Shown: piece after piece, positions 15,001 through 30,000 of the stretch
How positions within the stretch are numbered: the stretch's first letter is position 1
Layout: the number at the start of each line of letters is the position of its first letter
Origin: Nemertoderma westbladi
Lineage: Eukaryota > Animalia > Xenacoelomorpha
NCBI GenBank assembly: GCA_032718475.1
Contig: JAUCBJ010009095.1
Span: forward strand, 25,511-89,510
DNA length: 64,000 bases
Reading direction: 5' to 3'
Notes under the pieces: model-generated
Told to the model about the DNA's origin: nothing
The model's input: the letters and a program-made list of their open reading frames with translations, nothing else
Databases searched by the model: none
Position numbers and translations under genes: made by a program

Positions 15001-18000
15001 TGTAACAACTCCAGTAATAATAACAAATTCTTACCCCTCAATGTAACAACTCCAGTAATAATAACAAATTCTTACCCCTCAATGTAACAACTCCAGTAAT
15101 AATAACAAATTCTTACCCCTCAATGTAACAACTCCAGTAATAATAACAAATTCTTACCCCTCAATGTAACAACTCCAGTAATAATAACAAATTCTTACCC
15201 CTCAATGTAACAACTCCAGTAATAATAACAAATTCTTACCCCTCAATGTAACAACTCCAGTAATAATAACAAATTCTTACCCCTCAATGTAACAACTCCA
15301 GTAATAATAACAAATTCTTACCCCTCAATGTAACAACTCCAGTAATAATAACAAATTCTTACCCCTCAATGTAACAACTCCAGTAATAATAACAAATTCT
15401 TACCCCTCAATGTAACAACTCCAGTAATAATAACAAATTCTTACCCCTCAATGTAACAACTCCAGTAATAATAACAAATTCTTACCCCTCAATGTAACAA
15501 CTCCAGTAATAATAACAAATTCTTACCCCTCAATGTAACAACTCCAGTAATAATAACAAATTCTTACCCCTCAATGTAACAACTCCAGTAATAATAACAA
15601 ATTCTTACCCCTCAATGTAACAACTCCAGTAATAATAACAAATTCTTACCCCTCAATGTAACAACTCCAGTAATAATAACAAATTCTTACCCATCAATGT
15701 AACAACTCCAGTAATAATAACAAATTCTTACCCCTCAATGTAACAACTCCAGTAATAATAACAAATTCTTACCCCTCAATGTAACAACTCCAGTAATAAT
15801 AACAAATTCTTACCCCTCAATGTAACAACTCCAGTAATAATAACAAATTCTTACCCCTCAATGTAACAACTCCAGTAATAATAACAAATTCTTACCCCTC
15901 AATGTAACAACTCCAGTAATAATAACAAATTCTTACCCCTCAATGTAACAACTCCAGTAATAATAACAAATTCTTACCCCTCAATGTAACAACTCCAGTA
16001 ATAATAACAAATTCTTACCCCTCAATGTAACAACTCCAGTAATAATAACAAATTCTTACCCCTCAATGTAACAACTCCAGTAATAATAACAAATTCTTAC
16101 CCCTCAATGTAACAACTCCAGTAATAATAACAAATTCTTACCCCTCAATGTAACAACTCCAGTAATAATAACAAATTCTTACCCCTCAATGTAACAACTC
16201 CAGTAATAATAACAAATTCTTACCCCTCAATGATAACAACTCCAGTAATAATAACAAATTCTTACCCCTCAATGTAACAACTCCAGTAATAATAACAAAT
16301 TCTTACCCCTCAATGTAACAACTCCAGTAATAATAACAAATTCTTACCCATCAATGTAACAACTCCAGTAATAATAACAAATTCTTACCCCTCAATGAAC
16401 TAACAACTCCAGTAATAATAACAAATTCTTACCCCTCAATGTAACAACTCCAGTAATAATAACAAATTCTTACCCCTCAATGTAACAACTCCAGTAATAA
16501 TAACAAATTCTTACCCCTCAATGTAACAACTCCAGTAATAATAACAAATTCTTACCCCTCAATGTAACAACTCCAGTAATAATAACAAATTCTTACCCCT
16601 CAATGTAACAACTCCAGTAATAATAACAAATTCTTACCCCTCAATGTAACAACTCCAGTAATAATAACAAATTCTTACCCCTCAATGTAACAACTCCAGT
16701 AATAATAACAAATTCTTACCCCTCAATGTAACAACTCCAGTAATAATAACAAATTCTTACCCCTCAATGTAACAACTCCAGTAATAATAACAAATTCTTA
16801 CCCCTCAATGTAACAACTCCAGTAATAATAACAAATTCTTACCCCTCAATGTAACAACTCCAGTAATAATAACAAATTCTTACCCCTCAATGTAACAACT
16901 CCAGTAATAATAACAAATTCTTACCCCTCAATGTAACAACTCCAGTAATAATAACAAATTCTTACCCCTCAATGTAACAACTCCAGTAATAATAACAAAT
17001 TCTTACCCCTCAATGTAACAACTCCAGTAATAATAACAAATTCTTACCCCTCAATGTAACAACTCCAGTAATAATAACAAATTCTTACCCCTCAATGTAA
17101 CAACTCCAGTAATAATAACAAATTCTTACCCCTCAATGTAACAACTCCAGTAATAATAACAAATTCTTACCCATCAATGTAACAACTCCAGTAATAATAA
17201 CAAATTCTTACCCCTCAATGTAACAACTCCAGTAATAATAACAAATTCTTACCCCTCAATGTAACAACTCCAGTAATAATAACAAATTCTTACCCCTCAA
17301 TGTAACAACTCCAGTAATAATAACAAATTCTTACCCATCAATGTAACAACTCCAGTAATAATAACAAATTCTTACCCCTCAATGTAACAACTCCAGTAAT
17401 AATAACAAATTCTTACCCCTCAATGTAACAACTCCAGTAATAATAACAAATTCTTACCCATCAATGTAACAACTCCAGTAATAATAACAAATTCTTACCC
17501 CACAATGTAACAACTCCAGTAATAATAACAAATTCTTACCCCTCAATGTAACAACTCCAGTAATAATAACAAATTCTTACCCCTCAATGTAACAACTCCA
17601 GTAATAATAACAAATTCTTACCCCTCAATGTAACAACTCCAGTAATAATAACAAATTCTTACCCCTCAATGTAACAACTCCAGTAATAATAACAAATTCT
17701 TACCCCTCAATGTAACAACTCCAGTAATAATAACAAATTCTTACCCCTCAATGTAACAACTCCAGTAATAATAACAAATTCTTACCCCTCAATGATAACA
17801 ACTCCAGTAATAATAACAAATTCTTACCCATCAATGTAACAACTCCAGTAATAATAACAAATTCTTACCCCTCAATGTAACAACTCCAGTAATAATAACA
17901 AATTCTTACCCCTCAATGTAACAACTCCAGTAATAATAACAAATTCTTACCCCTCAATGTAACAACTCCAGTAATAATAACAAATTCTTACCCCTCAATG

Positions 18001-21000
18001 TAACAACTCCAGTAATAATAACAAATTCTTACCCATCAATGTAACAACTCCAGTAATAATAACAAATTCTTACCCCTCAATGTAACAACTCCAGTAATAA
18101 TAACAAATTCTTACCCATCAATGTAACAACTCCAGTAATAATAACAAATTCTTACCCCTCAATGTAACAACTCCAGTAATAATAACAAATTCTTACCCCT
18201 CAATGTAACAACTCCAGTAATAATAACAAATTCTTACCCCTCAATGTAACAACTCCAGTAATAATAACAAATTCTTACCCCTCAATGTAACAACTCCAGT
18301 AATAATAACAAATTCTTACCCCTCAATGTAACAACTCCAGTAATAATAACAAATTCTTACCCCTCAATGTAACAACTCCAGTAATAATAACAAATTCTTA
18401 CCCCTCAATGTAACAACTCCAGTAATAATAACAAATTCTTACCCCTCAATATAACAACTCCAGTAATAATAACAAATTCTTACCCCTCAATGTAACAACT
18501 CCAGTAATAATAACAAATTCTTACCCCTCAATGTAACAACTCCAGTAATAATAACAAATTCTTACCCCTCAATGTAACAACTCCAGTAATAATAACAAAT
18601 TCTTACCCCTCAATGTAACAACTCCAGTAATAATAACAAATTCTTACCCCTCAATGTAACAACTCCAGTAATAATAACAAATTCTTACCCCTCAATGTAA
18701 CAACTCCAGTAATAATAACAAATTCTTACCCCTCAATGTAACAACTCCAGTAATAATAACAAATTCTTACCCCTCAATGTAACAACTCCAGTAATAATAA
18801 CAAATTCTTACCCCTCAATGTAACAACTCCAGTAATAATAACAAATTCTTACCCCTCAATGTAACAACTCCAGTAATAATAACAAATTCTTACCCCTCAA
18901 TGTAACAACTCCAGTAATAATAACAAATTCTTACCCCTCAATGTAACAACTCCAGTAATAATAACAAATTCTTACCCCTCAATGTAACAACTCCAGTAAT
19001 AATAACAAATTCTTACCCCTCAATGTAACAACTCCAGTAATAATAACAAATTCTTACCCCTCAATGTAACAACTCCAGTAATAATAACAAATTCTTACCC
19101 CTCAATGTAACAACTCCAGTAATAATAACAAATTCTTACCCCTCAATGTAACAACTCCAGTAATAATAACAAATTCTTACCCCTCAATGTAACAACTCCA
19201 GTAATAATAACAAATTCTTACCCCTCAATGTAACAACTCCAGTAATAATAACAAATTCTTACCCCTCAATGTAACAACTCCAGTAATAATAACAAATTCT
19301 TACCCCTCAATGTAACAACTCCAGTAATAATAACAAATTCTTACCCCTCAATGTAACAACTCCAGTAATAATAACAAATTCTTACCCCTCAATGTAACAA
19401 CTCCAGTAATAATAACAAATTCTTACCCCTCAATGTAACAACTCCAGTAATAATAACAAATTCTTACCCCTCAATGTAACAACTCCAGTAATAATAACAA
19501 ATTCTTACCCATCAATGTAACTAACAACTCCAGTAATAATAACAAATTCTTACCCCTCAATGTAACAACTCCAGTAATAATAACAAATTCTTACCCATCA
19601 ATGTAACTAACAACTCCAGTAATAATAACAAATTCTTACCCCTCAATGTAACAACTCCAGTAATAATAACAAATTCTTACCCCACAATGTAACAACTCCA
19701 GTAATAATAACAAATTCTTACCCTCAATATAACAACTCCAGTAATAATAACAAATTCTTACCCCTCAATGTAACAACTCCAGTAATAATAACAAATTCTT
19801 ACCCCACAATGTAACAACTCCAGTAATAATAACAAATTCTTACCCTCAATATAACAACTCCAGTAATAATAACAAATTCTTACCCCACAATGTAACAACT
19901 CCAATAATAATAACAAATTCTTACCCCTCCATGTAACAACTCCAGTAATAATAACAAATTCTTACCCATCAATGTAACAACTCCAATAATAATAACAAAT
20001 TCTTACCCCTCAATGTAACAACTCCAATAATAATAACAAATACTTACCCCTCAATGTAACAACTCCAGTAATAATAACAAATTCTTACCCCACAATGTAA
20101 CAACTCCAGTAATAATAACAAATTCTTACCCATCAATGTAACAACTCCAGTAATAATAACAAATTCTTACCCATCAATGTAACAACTCCAATAATAATAA
20201 CAAATTCTTACCCCTCAATGTAACAACTCCAATAATAATAACAAATACTTACCCCTCAATGTAACAACTCCAGTAATAATAACAAATTCTTACCCCTCAA
20301 TGTAACAACTCCAATAATAATAACAAATTCTTACCCCTCAATGTAACAACTCCAGTAATAATAACAAATTCTTACCCCTCAATGTAACAACTCCAGTAAT
20401 AATAACAAATTCTTACCCCTCAATGTAACAACTCCAGTAATAATAACAAATTCTTACCCCTCAATGTAACAACTCCAGTAATAATAACAAATTCTTACCC
20501 CTCAATGTAACAACTCCAGTAATAATAACAAATTCTTACCCATCAATGTAACAACTCCAGTAATAATAACAAATTCTTACCCCTCAATGTAACAACTCCA
20601 GTAATAATAACAAATTCTTACCCCTCAATGTAACAACTCCAGTAATAATAACAAATTCTTACCCCTCAATGTAACAACTCCAGTAATAATAACAAATTCT
20701 TACCCCTCAATGTAACAACTCCAGTAATAATAACAAATTCTTACCCCTCAATGTAACAACTCCAGTAATAATAACAAATTCTTACCCCACAATGTAACAA
20801 CTCCAGTAATAATAACAAATTCTTACCCCTCAATGTAACAACTCCAGTAATAATAACAAATTCTTACCCCTCAATGTAACAACTCCAGTAATAATAACAA
20901 ATTCTTACCCCTCAATGTAACAACTCCAGTAATAATAACAAATTCTTACCCCTCAATGTAACAACTCCAGTAATAATAACAAATTCTTACCCCTCAATGT

Positions 21001-24000
21001 AACTAACAACTCCAGTAATAATAACAAATTCTTACCCCACAATGTAACAACTCCAGTAATAATAACAAATTCTTACCCCTCAATGTAACAACTCCAGTAA
21101 TAATAACAAATTCTTACCCCTCAATGTAACAACTCCAGTAAAGATAACAAATTCTTACCCCTCAATGTAACAACTCCAGTAATAATAACAAATTCTTACC
21201 CCTCAATGTAACAACTCCAGTAATAATAACAAATTCTTACCCCTCAATGTAACAACTCCAGTAATAATAACAAATTCTTACCCCTCAATGTAACAACTCC
21301 AGTAATAATAACAAATTCTTACCCCTCAATGTAACAACTCCAGTAATAATAACAAATTCTTACCCCTCAATGTAACAACTCCAGTAATAATAACAAATTC
21401 TTACCCCTCAATGTAACAACTCCAGTAATAATAACAAATTCTTACCCCTCAATGTAACAACTCCAGTAATAATAACAAATTCTTACCCCTCAATGTAACA
21501 ACTCCAGTAATAATAACAAATTCTTACCCCACAATGTAACAACTCCAGTAATAATAACAAATTCTTACCCCTCAATGTAACAACTCCAGTAATAATAACA
21601 AATTCTTACCCCTCAATGTAACAACTCCAGTAATAATAACAAATTCTTACCCCTCAATGTAACAACTCCAGTAATAATAACAAATTCTTACCCCTCAATG
21701 TAACAACTCCAGTAATAATAACAAATTCTTACCCCTCAATGTAACAACTCCAGTAATAATAACAAATTCTTACCCCTCAATGTAACAACTCCAGTAATAA
21801 TAACAAATTCTTACCCCTCAATGTAACAACTCCAATAATAATAACAAATTCTTACCCCTCAATGTAACAACTCCAGTAATAATAACAAATTCTTACCCCT
21901 CAATGTAACTAACAACTCCAGTAATAATAACAAATTCTTACCCCACAATGTAACAACTCCAGTAATAATAACAAATTCTTACCCCTCAATGTAACAACTC
22001 CAGTAATAATAACAAATTCTTACCCCTCAATGTAACAACTCCAGTAATAATAACAAATTCTTACCCCTCAATGTAACAACTCCAGTAATAATAACAAATT
22101 CTTACCCCTCAATATAACAACTCCAGTAATAATAACAAATTCTTACCCCTCAATGTAACAACTCCAATAATAATAACAAATTCTTACCCCTCAATGTAAC
22201 AACTCCAGTAATAATAACAAATTCTTACCCCTCAATGTAACAACTCCAGTAATAATAACAAATTCTTACCCCTCAATGTAACAACTCCAGTAATAATAAC
22301 AAATTCTTACCCCTCAATGTAACAACTCCAGTAATAATAACAAATTCTTACCCCTCAATATAACAACTCCAGTAATAATAACAAATTCTTACCCCTCAAT
22401 ATAACAACTCCAGTAATAATAACAAATTCTTACCCCTCAATGTAACAACTCCAATAATAATAACAAATTCTTACCCCTCAATGTAACAACTCCAGTAATA
22501 ATAACAAATTCTTACCCCTCAATGTAACTAACAACTCCAGTAATAATAACAAATTCTTACCCCACAATGTAACAACTCCAGTAATAATAACAAATTCTTA
22601 CCCCTCAATGTAACAACTCCAGTAATAATAACAAATTCTTACCCCTCAATGTAACAACTCCAGTAATAATAACAAATTCTTACCCCTCAATGTAACAACT
22701 CCAGTAATAATAACAAATTCTTACCCCACAATGTAACAACTCCAGTAATAATAACAAATTCTTACCCCTCAATGTAACAACTCCAGTAATAATAACAAAT
22801 TCTTACCCCTCAATGTAACAACTCCAGTAATAATAACAAATTCTTACCCCTCAATGTAACAACTCCAGTAATAATAACAAATTCTTACCCCTCAATGTAA
22901 CAACTCCAGTAATAATAACAAATTCTTACCCCTCAATGTAACAACTCCAGTAATAATAACAAATTCTTACCCCTCAATGTAACAACTCCAATAATAATAA
23001 CAAATTCTTACCCCTCAATGTAACAACTCCAGTAATAATAACAAATTCTTACCCATCAATGTAACAACTCCAATAATAATAACAAATTCTTACCCATCAA
23101 TGTAACTAACAACTCCAGTAATAATAACAAATTCTTACCCATCAATGTAACAACTCCAATAATAATAACAAATTCTTACCCCTCAATGTAACAACTCCAA
23201 TAATAATAACAAATTCTTACCCCTCCATGTAACAACTCCAGTAATAATAACAAATTCTTACCCATCAATGTAACAACTCCAATAATAATAACAAATTCTT
23301 ACCCCTCCATGTAACAACTCCAGTAATAATAACAAATTCTTACCCCTCAATGTAACAACTCCAGTAATAATAACAAATTCTTACCCATCAATGTAACAAC
23401 TCCAATAATAATAACAAATTCTTACCCATCAATGTAACTAACAACTCCAGTAATAATAACAAATTCTTACCCCTCAATGTAACAACTCCAGTAATAATAA
23501 CAAATTCTTACCCCACAATGTAACAACTCCAGTAATAATAACAAATTCTTACCCCTCAATATAACAACTCCAGTAATAATAACAAATTCTTACCCCTCAA
23601 TGTAACAACTCCAGTAATAATAACAAATTCTTACCCCTCAATGTAACAACTCCAGTAATAATAACAAATTCTTACCCATCAATGTAACAACTCCAGTAAT
23701 AATAACAAATTCTTACCCATCAATGTAACAACTCCAATAATAATAACAAATTCTTACCCCTCAATGTAACAACTCCAATAATAATAACAAATTCTTACCC
23801 ATCAATGTAACTAACAACTCCAGTAATAATAACAAATTCTTACCCCTCAATGTAACAACTCCAGTAATAATAACAAATTCTTACCCCTCAATGTAACAAC
23901 TCCAGTAATAATAACAAATTCTTACCCATCAATGTAACAACTCCAATAATAATAACAAATTCTTACCCATCAATGTAACTAACAACTCCAGTAATAATAA

Positions 24001-27000
24001 CAAATTCTTACCCCTCAATGTAACAACTCCAGTAATAATAACAAATTCTTACCCCTCAATATAACAACTCCAGTAATAATAACAAATTCTTACCCATCAA
24101 TGTAACAACTCCAATAATAATAACAAATTCTTACCCCTCAATGTAACAACTCCAATAATAATAACAAATTCTTACCCATCAATGTAACAACTCCAATAAT
24201 AATAACAAATTCTTACCCATCAATGTAACTAACAACTCCAATAATAATAACAAATTCTTACCCCTCCATGTAACAACTCCAGTAATAATAACAAATTCTT
24301 ACCCGACAATGTAACAACTCCAATAATAATAACAAATTCTTACCCATCAATGTAACTAACAACTCCAGTAATAATAACAAATTCTTACCCCTCAATGTAA
24401 CAACTCCAGTAATAATAACAAATTCTTACCCCTCAATATAACAACTCCAGTAATAATAACAAATTCTTACCCATCAATGTAACAACTCCAATAATAATAA
24501 CAAATTCTTACCCCTCAATGTAACAACTCCAGTAATAATAACAAATTCTTACCCCTCAATATAACAACTCCAGTAATAATAACAAATTCTTACCCATCAA
24601 TGTAACAACTCCATAATAATAACAAATTCTTACCCATCAATGTAACAACTCCAGTAATAATAACAAATTCTTACCCCTCAATGTAACAACTCCAGTAATA
24701 ATAACAAATTCTTACCCCACAATGTAACAACTCCAGTAATAATAACAAATTCTTACCCCTCAATGTAACAACTCCAGTAATAATAACAAATTCTTACCCC
24801 ACAATGTAACAACTCCAGTAATAATAACAAATTCTTACCCCTCAATGTAACAACTCCAGTAATAATAACAAATTCTTACCCCACAATGTAACAACTCCAG
24901 TAATAATAACAAATTCTTACCCCTCAATATAACAACTCCAGTAATAATAACAAATTCTTACCCCTCAATGTAACAACTCCAGTAATAATAACAAATTCTT
25001 ACCCCACAATGTAACAACTCCAGTAATAATAACAAATTCTTACCCATCAATGTAACAACTCCAATAATAATAACAAATTCTTACCCCTCAATGTAACAAC
25101 TCCAATAATAATAACAAATTCTTACCCCTCCATGTAACAACTCCAGTAATAATAACAAATTCTTACCCATCAATGTAACAACTCCAATAATAATAACAAA
25201 TTCTTACCCCTCCATGTAACAACTCCAGTAATAATAACAAATTCTTACCCATCAATGTAACAACTCCAATAATAATAACAAATTCTTACCCCTCAATGTA
25301 ACAACTCCAGTAATAATAACAAATTCTTACCCCTCAATGTAACAACTCCAGTAATAATAACAAATTCTTACCCCACAATGTAACAACTCCAGTAATAATA
25401 ACAAATTCTTACCCCTCAATGTAACAACTCCAGTAATAATAACAAATTCTTACCCCTCAATGTAACAACTCCAGTAATAATAACAAATTCTTACCCCTCA
25501 ATGTAACAACTCCAGTAATAATAACAAATTCTTACCCCTCAATGTAACAACTCCAGTAATAATAACAAATTCTTACCCCTCAATGTAACAACTCCAGTAA
25601 TAATAACAAATTCTTACCCCTCAATGTAACAACTCCAGTAATAATAACAAATTCTTACCCCTCAATGTAACAACTCCAGTAATAATAACAAATTCTTACC
25701 CCTCAATGTAACAACACCAGTAATAATAACAAATTCTTACCCATCAATGTAACAACTCCAGTAATAATAACAAATTCTTACCCCTCAATGTAACAACACC
25801 AGTAATAATAACAAATTCTTACCCATCAATGTAACAACTCCAGTAATAATAACAAATTCTTACCCATCAATGTAACAACTCCAGTAATAATAACAAATTC
25901 TTACCCCTCAATGTAACAACTCCAGTAATAATAACAAATTCTTACCCCTCAATGTAACAACTCCAGTAATAATAACAAATTCTTACCCCTCAATGTAACA
26001 ACTCCAGTAATAATAACAAATTCTTACCCATCAATGTAACAACTCCAGTAATAATAACAAATTCTTACCCCTCAATGTAACAACTCCAGTAATAATAACA
26101 AATTCTTACCCATCAATGTAACAACTCCAGTAATAATAACAAATTCTTACCCCTCAATGTAACAACTCCAGTAATAATAACAAATTCTTACCCATCAATG
26201 TAACAACTCCAGTAATAATAACAAATTCTTACCCCTCAATGTAACAACTCCAGTAATAATAACAAATTCTTACCCCTCAATGTAACAACTCCAGTAATAA
26301 TAACAAATTCTTACCCCTCAATGTAACAACTCCAGTAATAATAACAAATTCTTACCCCTCAATGTAACAACTCCAGTAATAATAACAAATTCTTACCCCT
26401 CAATGTAACAACTCCAGTAATAATAACAAATTCTTACCCCTCAATGTAACAACTCCAGTAATAATAACAAATTCTTACCCCTCAATGTAACAACTCCAGT
26501 AATAATAACAAATTCTTACCCCTCAATGTAACAACTCCAGTAATAATAACAAATTCTTACCCCTCAATGTAACAACTCCAGTAATAATAACAAATTCTTA
26601 CCCCTCAATGTAACAACTCCAGTAATAATAACAAATTCTTACCCCTCAATGTAACAACTCCAGTAATAATAACAAATTCTTACCCATCAATGTAACAACT
26701 CCAGTAATAATAACAAATTCTTACCCCTCAATGTAACAACTCCAGTAATAATAACAAATTCTTACCCCTCAATGTAACAACTCCAGTAATAATAACAAAT
26801 TCTTACCCCTCAATGTAACAACTCCAGTAATAATAACAAATTCTTACCCCTCAATGTAACAACTCCAGTAATAATAACAAATTCTTACCCCTCAATGTAA
26901 CAACTCCAGTAATAATAACAAATTCTTACCCCTCAATGTAACAACTCCAGTAATAATAACAAATTCTTACCCCTCAATGTAACAACTCCAGTAATAATAA

Positions 27001-30000
27001 CAAATTCTTACCCCTCAATGTAACAACTCCAGTAATAATAACAAATTCTTACCCCTCAATGTAACAACTCCAGTAATAATAACAAATTCTTACCCATCAA
27101 TGTAACAACTCCAGTAATAATAACAAATTCTTACCCCTCAATGTAACAACTCCAGTAATAATAACAAATTCTTACCCCTCAATGTAACAACTCCAGTAAT
27201 AATAACAAATTCTTACCCCTCAATGTAACAACTCCAGTAATAATAACAAATTCTTACCCATCAATGTAACAACTCCAGTAATAATAACAAATTCTTACCC
27301 CTCAATGTAACAACTCCAGTAATAATAACAAATTCTTACCCCTCAATGTAACAACTCCAGTAATAATAACAAATTCTTACCCCTCAATGTAACAACTCCA
27401 GTAATAATAACAAATTCTTACCCCTCAATGTAACAACTCCAGTAATAATAACAAATTCTTACCCCTCAATGTAACAACTCCAGTAATAATAACAAATTCT
27501 TACCCCTCAATGTAACAACTCCAGTAATAATAACAAATTCTTACCCCTCAATGTAACAACTCCAGTAATAATAACAAATTCTTACCCCTCAATGTAACAA
27601 CTCCAGTAATAATAACAAATTCTTACCCCTCAATGTAACAACTCCAGTAATAATAACAAATTCTTACCCCTCAATGTAACAACTCCAGTAATAATAACAA
27701 ATTCTTACCCCTCAATGTAACAACTCCAGTAATAATAACAAATTCTTACCCATCAATGTAACAACTCCAGTAATAATAACAAATTCTTACCCCTCAATGT
27801 AACAACTCCAGTAATAATAACAAATTCTTACCCCTCAATATAACAACTCCAGTAATAATAACAAATTCTTACCCCTCAATGATAACAACTCCAGTAATAA
27901 TAACAAATTCTTACCCCTCAATGACTAACAACTCCAGTAATAATAACAAATTCTTACCCCTCAATGTAACAACTCCAGTAATAATAACAAATTCTTACCC
28001 CTCAATGTAACAACTCCAGTAATAATAACAAATTCTTACCCCTCAATGTAACAACTCCAGTAATAATAACAAATTCTTACCCATCAATGTAACAACTCCA
28101 GTAATAATAACAAATTCTTACCCCTCAATGTAACAACTCCAGTAATAATAACAAATTCTTACCCCTCAATGTAACAACTCCAGTAATAATAACAAATTCT
28201 TACCCCTCAATGTAACAACTCCAGTAATAATAACAAATTCTTACCCCTCAATGTAACAACTCCAGTAATAATAACAAATTCTTACCCCTCAATGTAACAA
28301 CTCCAGTAATAATAACAAATTCTTACCCCTCAATGTAACAACTCCAGTAATAATAACAAATTCTTACCCCTCAATGTAACAACTCCAGTAATAATAACAA
28401 ATTCTTACCCCTCAATGTAACAACTCCAGTAATAATAACAAATTCTTACCCCTCAATGTAACAACTCCAGTAATAATAACAAATTCTTACCCCTCAATGT
28501 AACAACTCCAGTAATAATAACAAATTCTTACCCATCAATGTAACAACTCCAGTAATAATAACAAATTCTTACCCCTCAATGTAACAACTCCAGTAATAAT
28601 AACAAATTCTTACCCCTCAATGTAACAACTCCAGTAATAATAACAAATTCTTACCCCTCAATGTAACAACTCCAGTAATAATAACAAATTCTTACCCCTC
28701 AATGTAACAACTCCAGTAATAATAACAAATTCTTACCCCTCAATGTAACAACTCCAGTAATAATAACAAATTCTTACCCCTCAATGTAACAACTCCAGTA
28801 ATAATAACAAATTCTTACCCCTCAATGTAACAACTCCAGTAATAATAACAAATTCTTACCCCTCAATGTAACAACTCCAGTAATAATAACAAATTCTTAC
28901 CCCTCAATGTAACAACTCCAGTAATAATAACAAATTCTTACCCCTCAATGTAACAACTCCAGTAATAATAACAAATTCTTACCCCTCAATGTAACAACTC
29001 CAGTAATAATAACAAATTCTTACCCCTCAATGTAACACAACTCCAGTAATAATAACAAATTCTTACCCATCAATGTAACAACTCCAGTAATAATAACAAA
29101 TTCTTACCCATCAATGTAACAACTCCAGTAATAATAACAAATTCTTACCCCTCAATGTAACAACTCCAGTAATAATAACAAATTCTTACCCCTCAATGTA
29201 ACAACTCCAGTAATAATAACAAATTCTTACCCCTCAATGTAACAACTCCAGTAATAATAACAAATTCTTACCCCTCAATGTAACAACTCCAGTAATAATA
29301 ACAAATTCTTACCCCACAATGTAACAACTCCAGTAATAATAACAAATTCTTACCCCTCAATGTAACAACTCCAGTAATAATAACAAATTCTTACCCCTCA
29401 ATGTAACAACTCCAGTAATAATAACAAATTCTTACCCCTCAATGTAACAACTCCAGTAATAATAACAAATTCTTACCCATCAATGTAACAACTCCAGTAA
29501 TAATAACAAATTCTTACCCCTCAATGTAACAACTCCAGTAATAATAACAAATTCTTACCCCTCAATGTAACAACTCCAGTAATAATAACAAATTCTTACC
29601 CCTCAATGTAACAACTCCAGTAATAATAACAAATTCTTACCCCTCAATGTAACAACTCCAGTAATAATAACAAATTCTTACCCCTCAATGTAACAACTCC
29701 AGTAATAATAACAAATTCTTACCCCTCAATGTAACAACTCCAGTAATAATAACAAATTCTTACCCCTCAATGTAACAACTCCAGTAATAATAACAAATTC
29801 TTACCCCTCAATGTAACAACTCCAGTAATAATAACAAATTCTTACCCCTCAATGTAACAACTCCAGTAATAATAACAAATTCTTACCCCTCAATGTAACA
29901 ACTCCAGTAATAATAACAAATTCTTACCCCTCAATGTAACAACTCCAGTAATAATAACAAATTCTTACCCATCAATGTAACAACTCCAGTAATAATAACA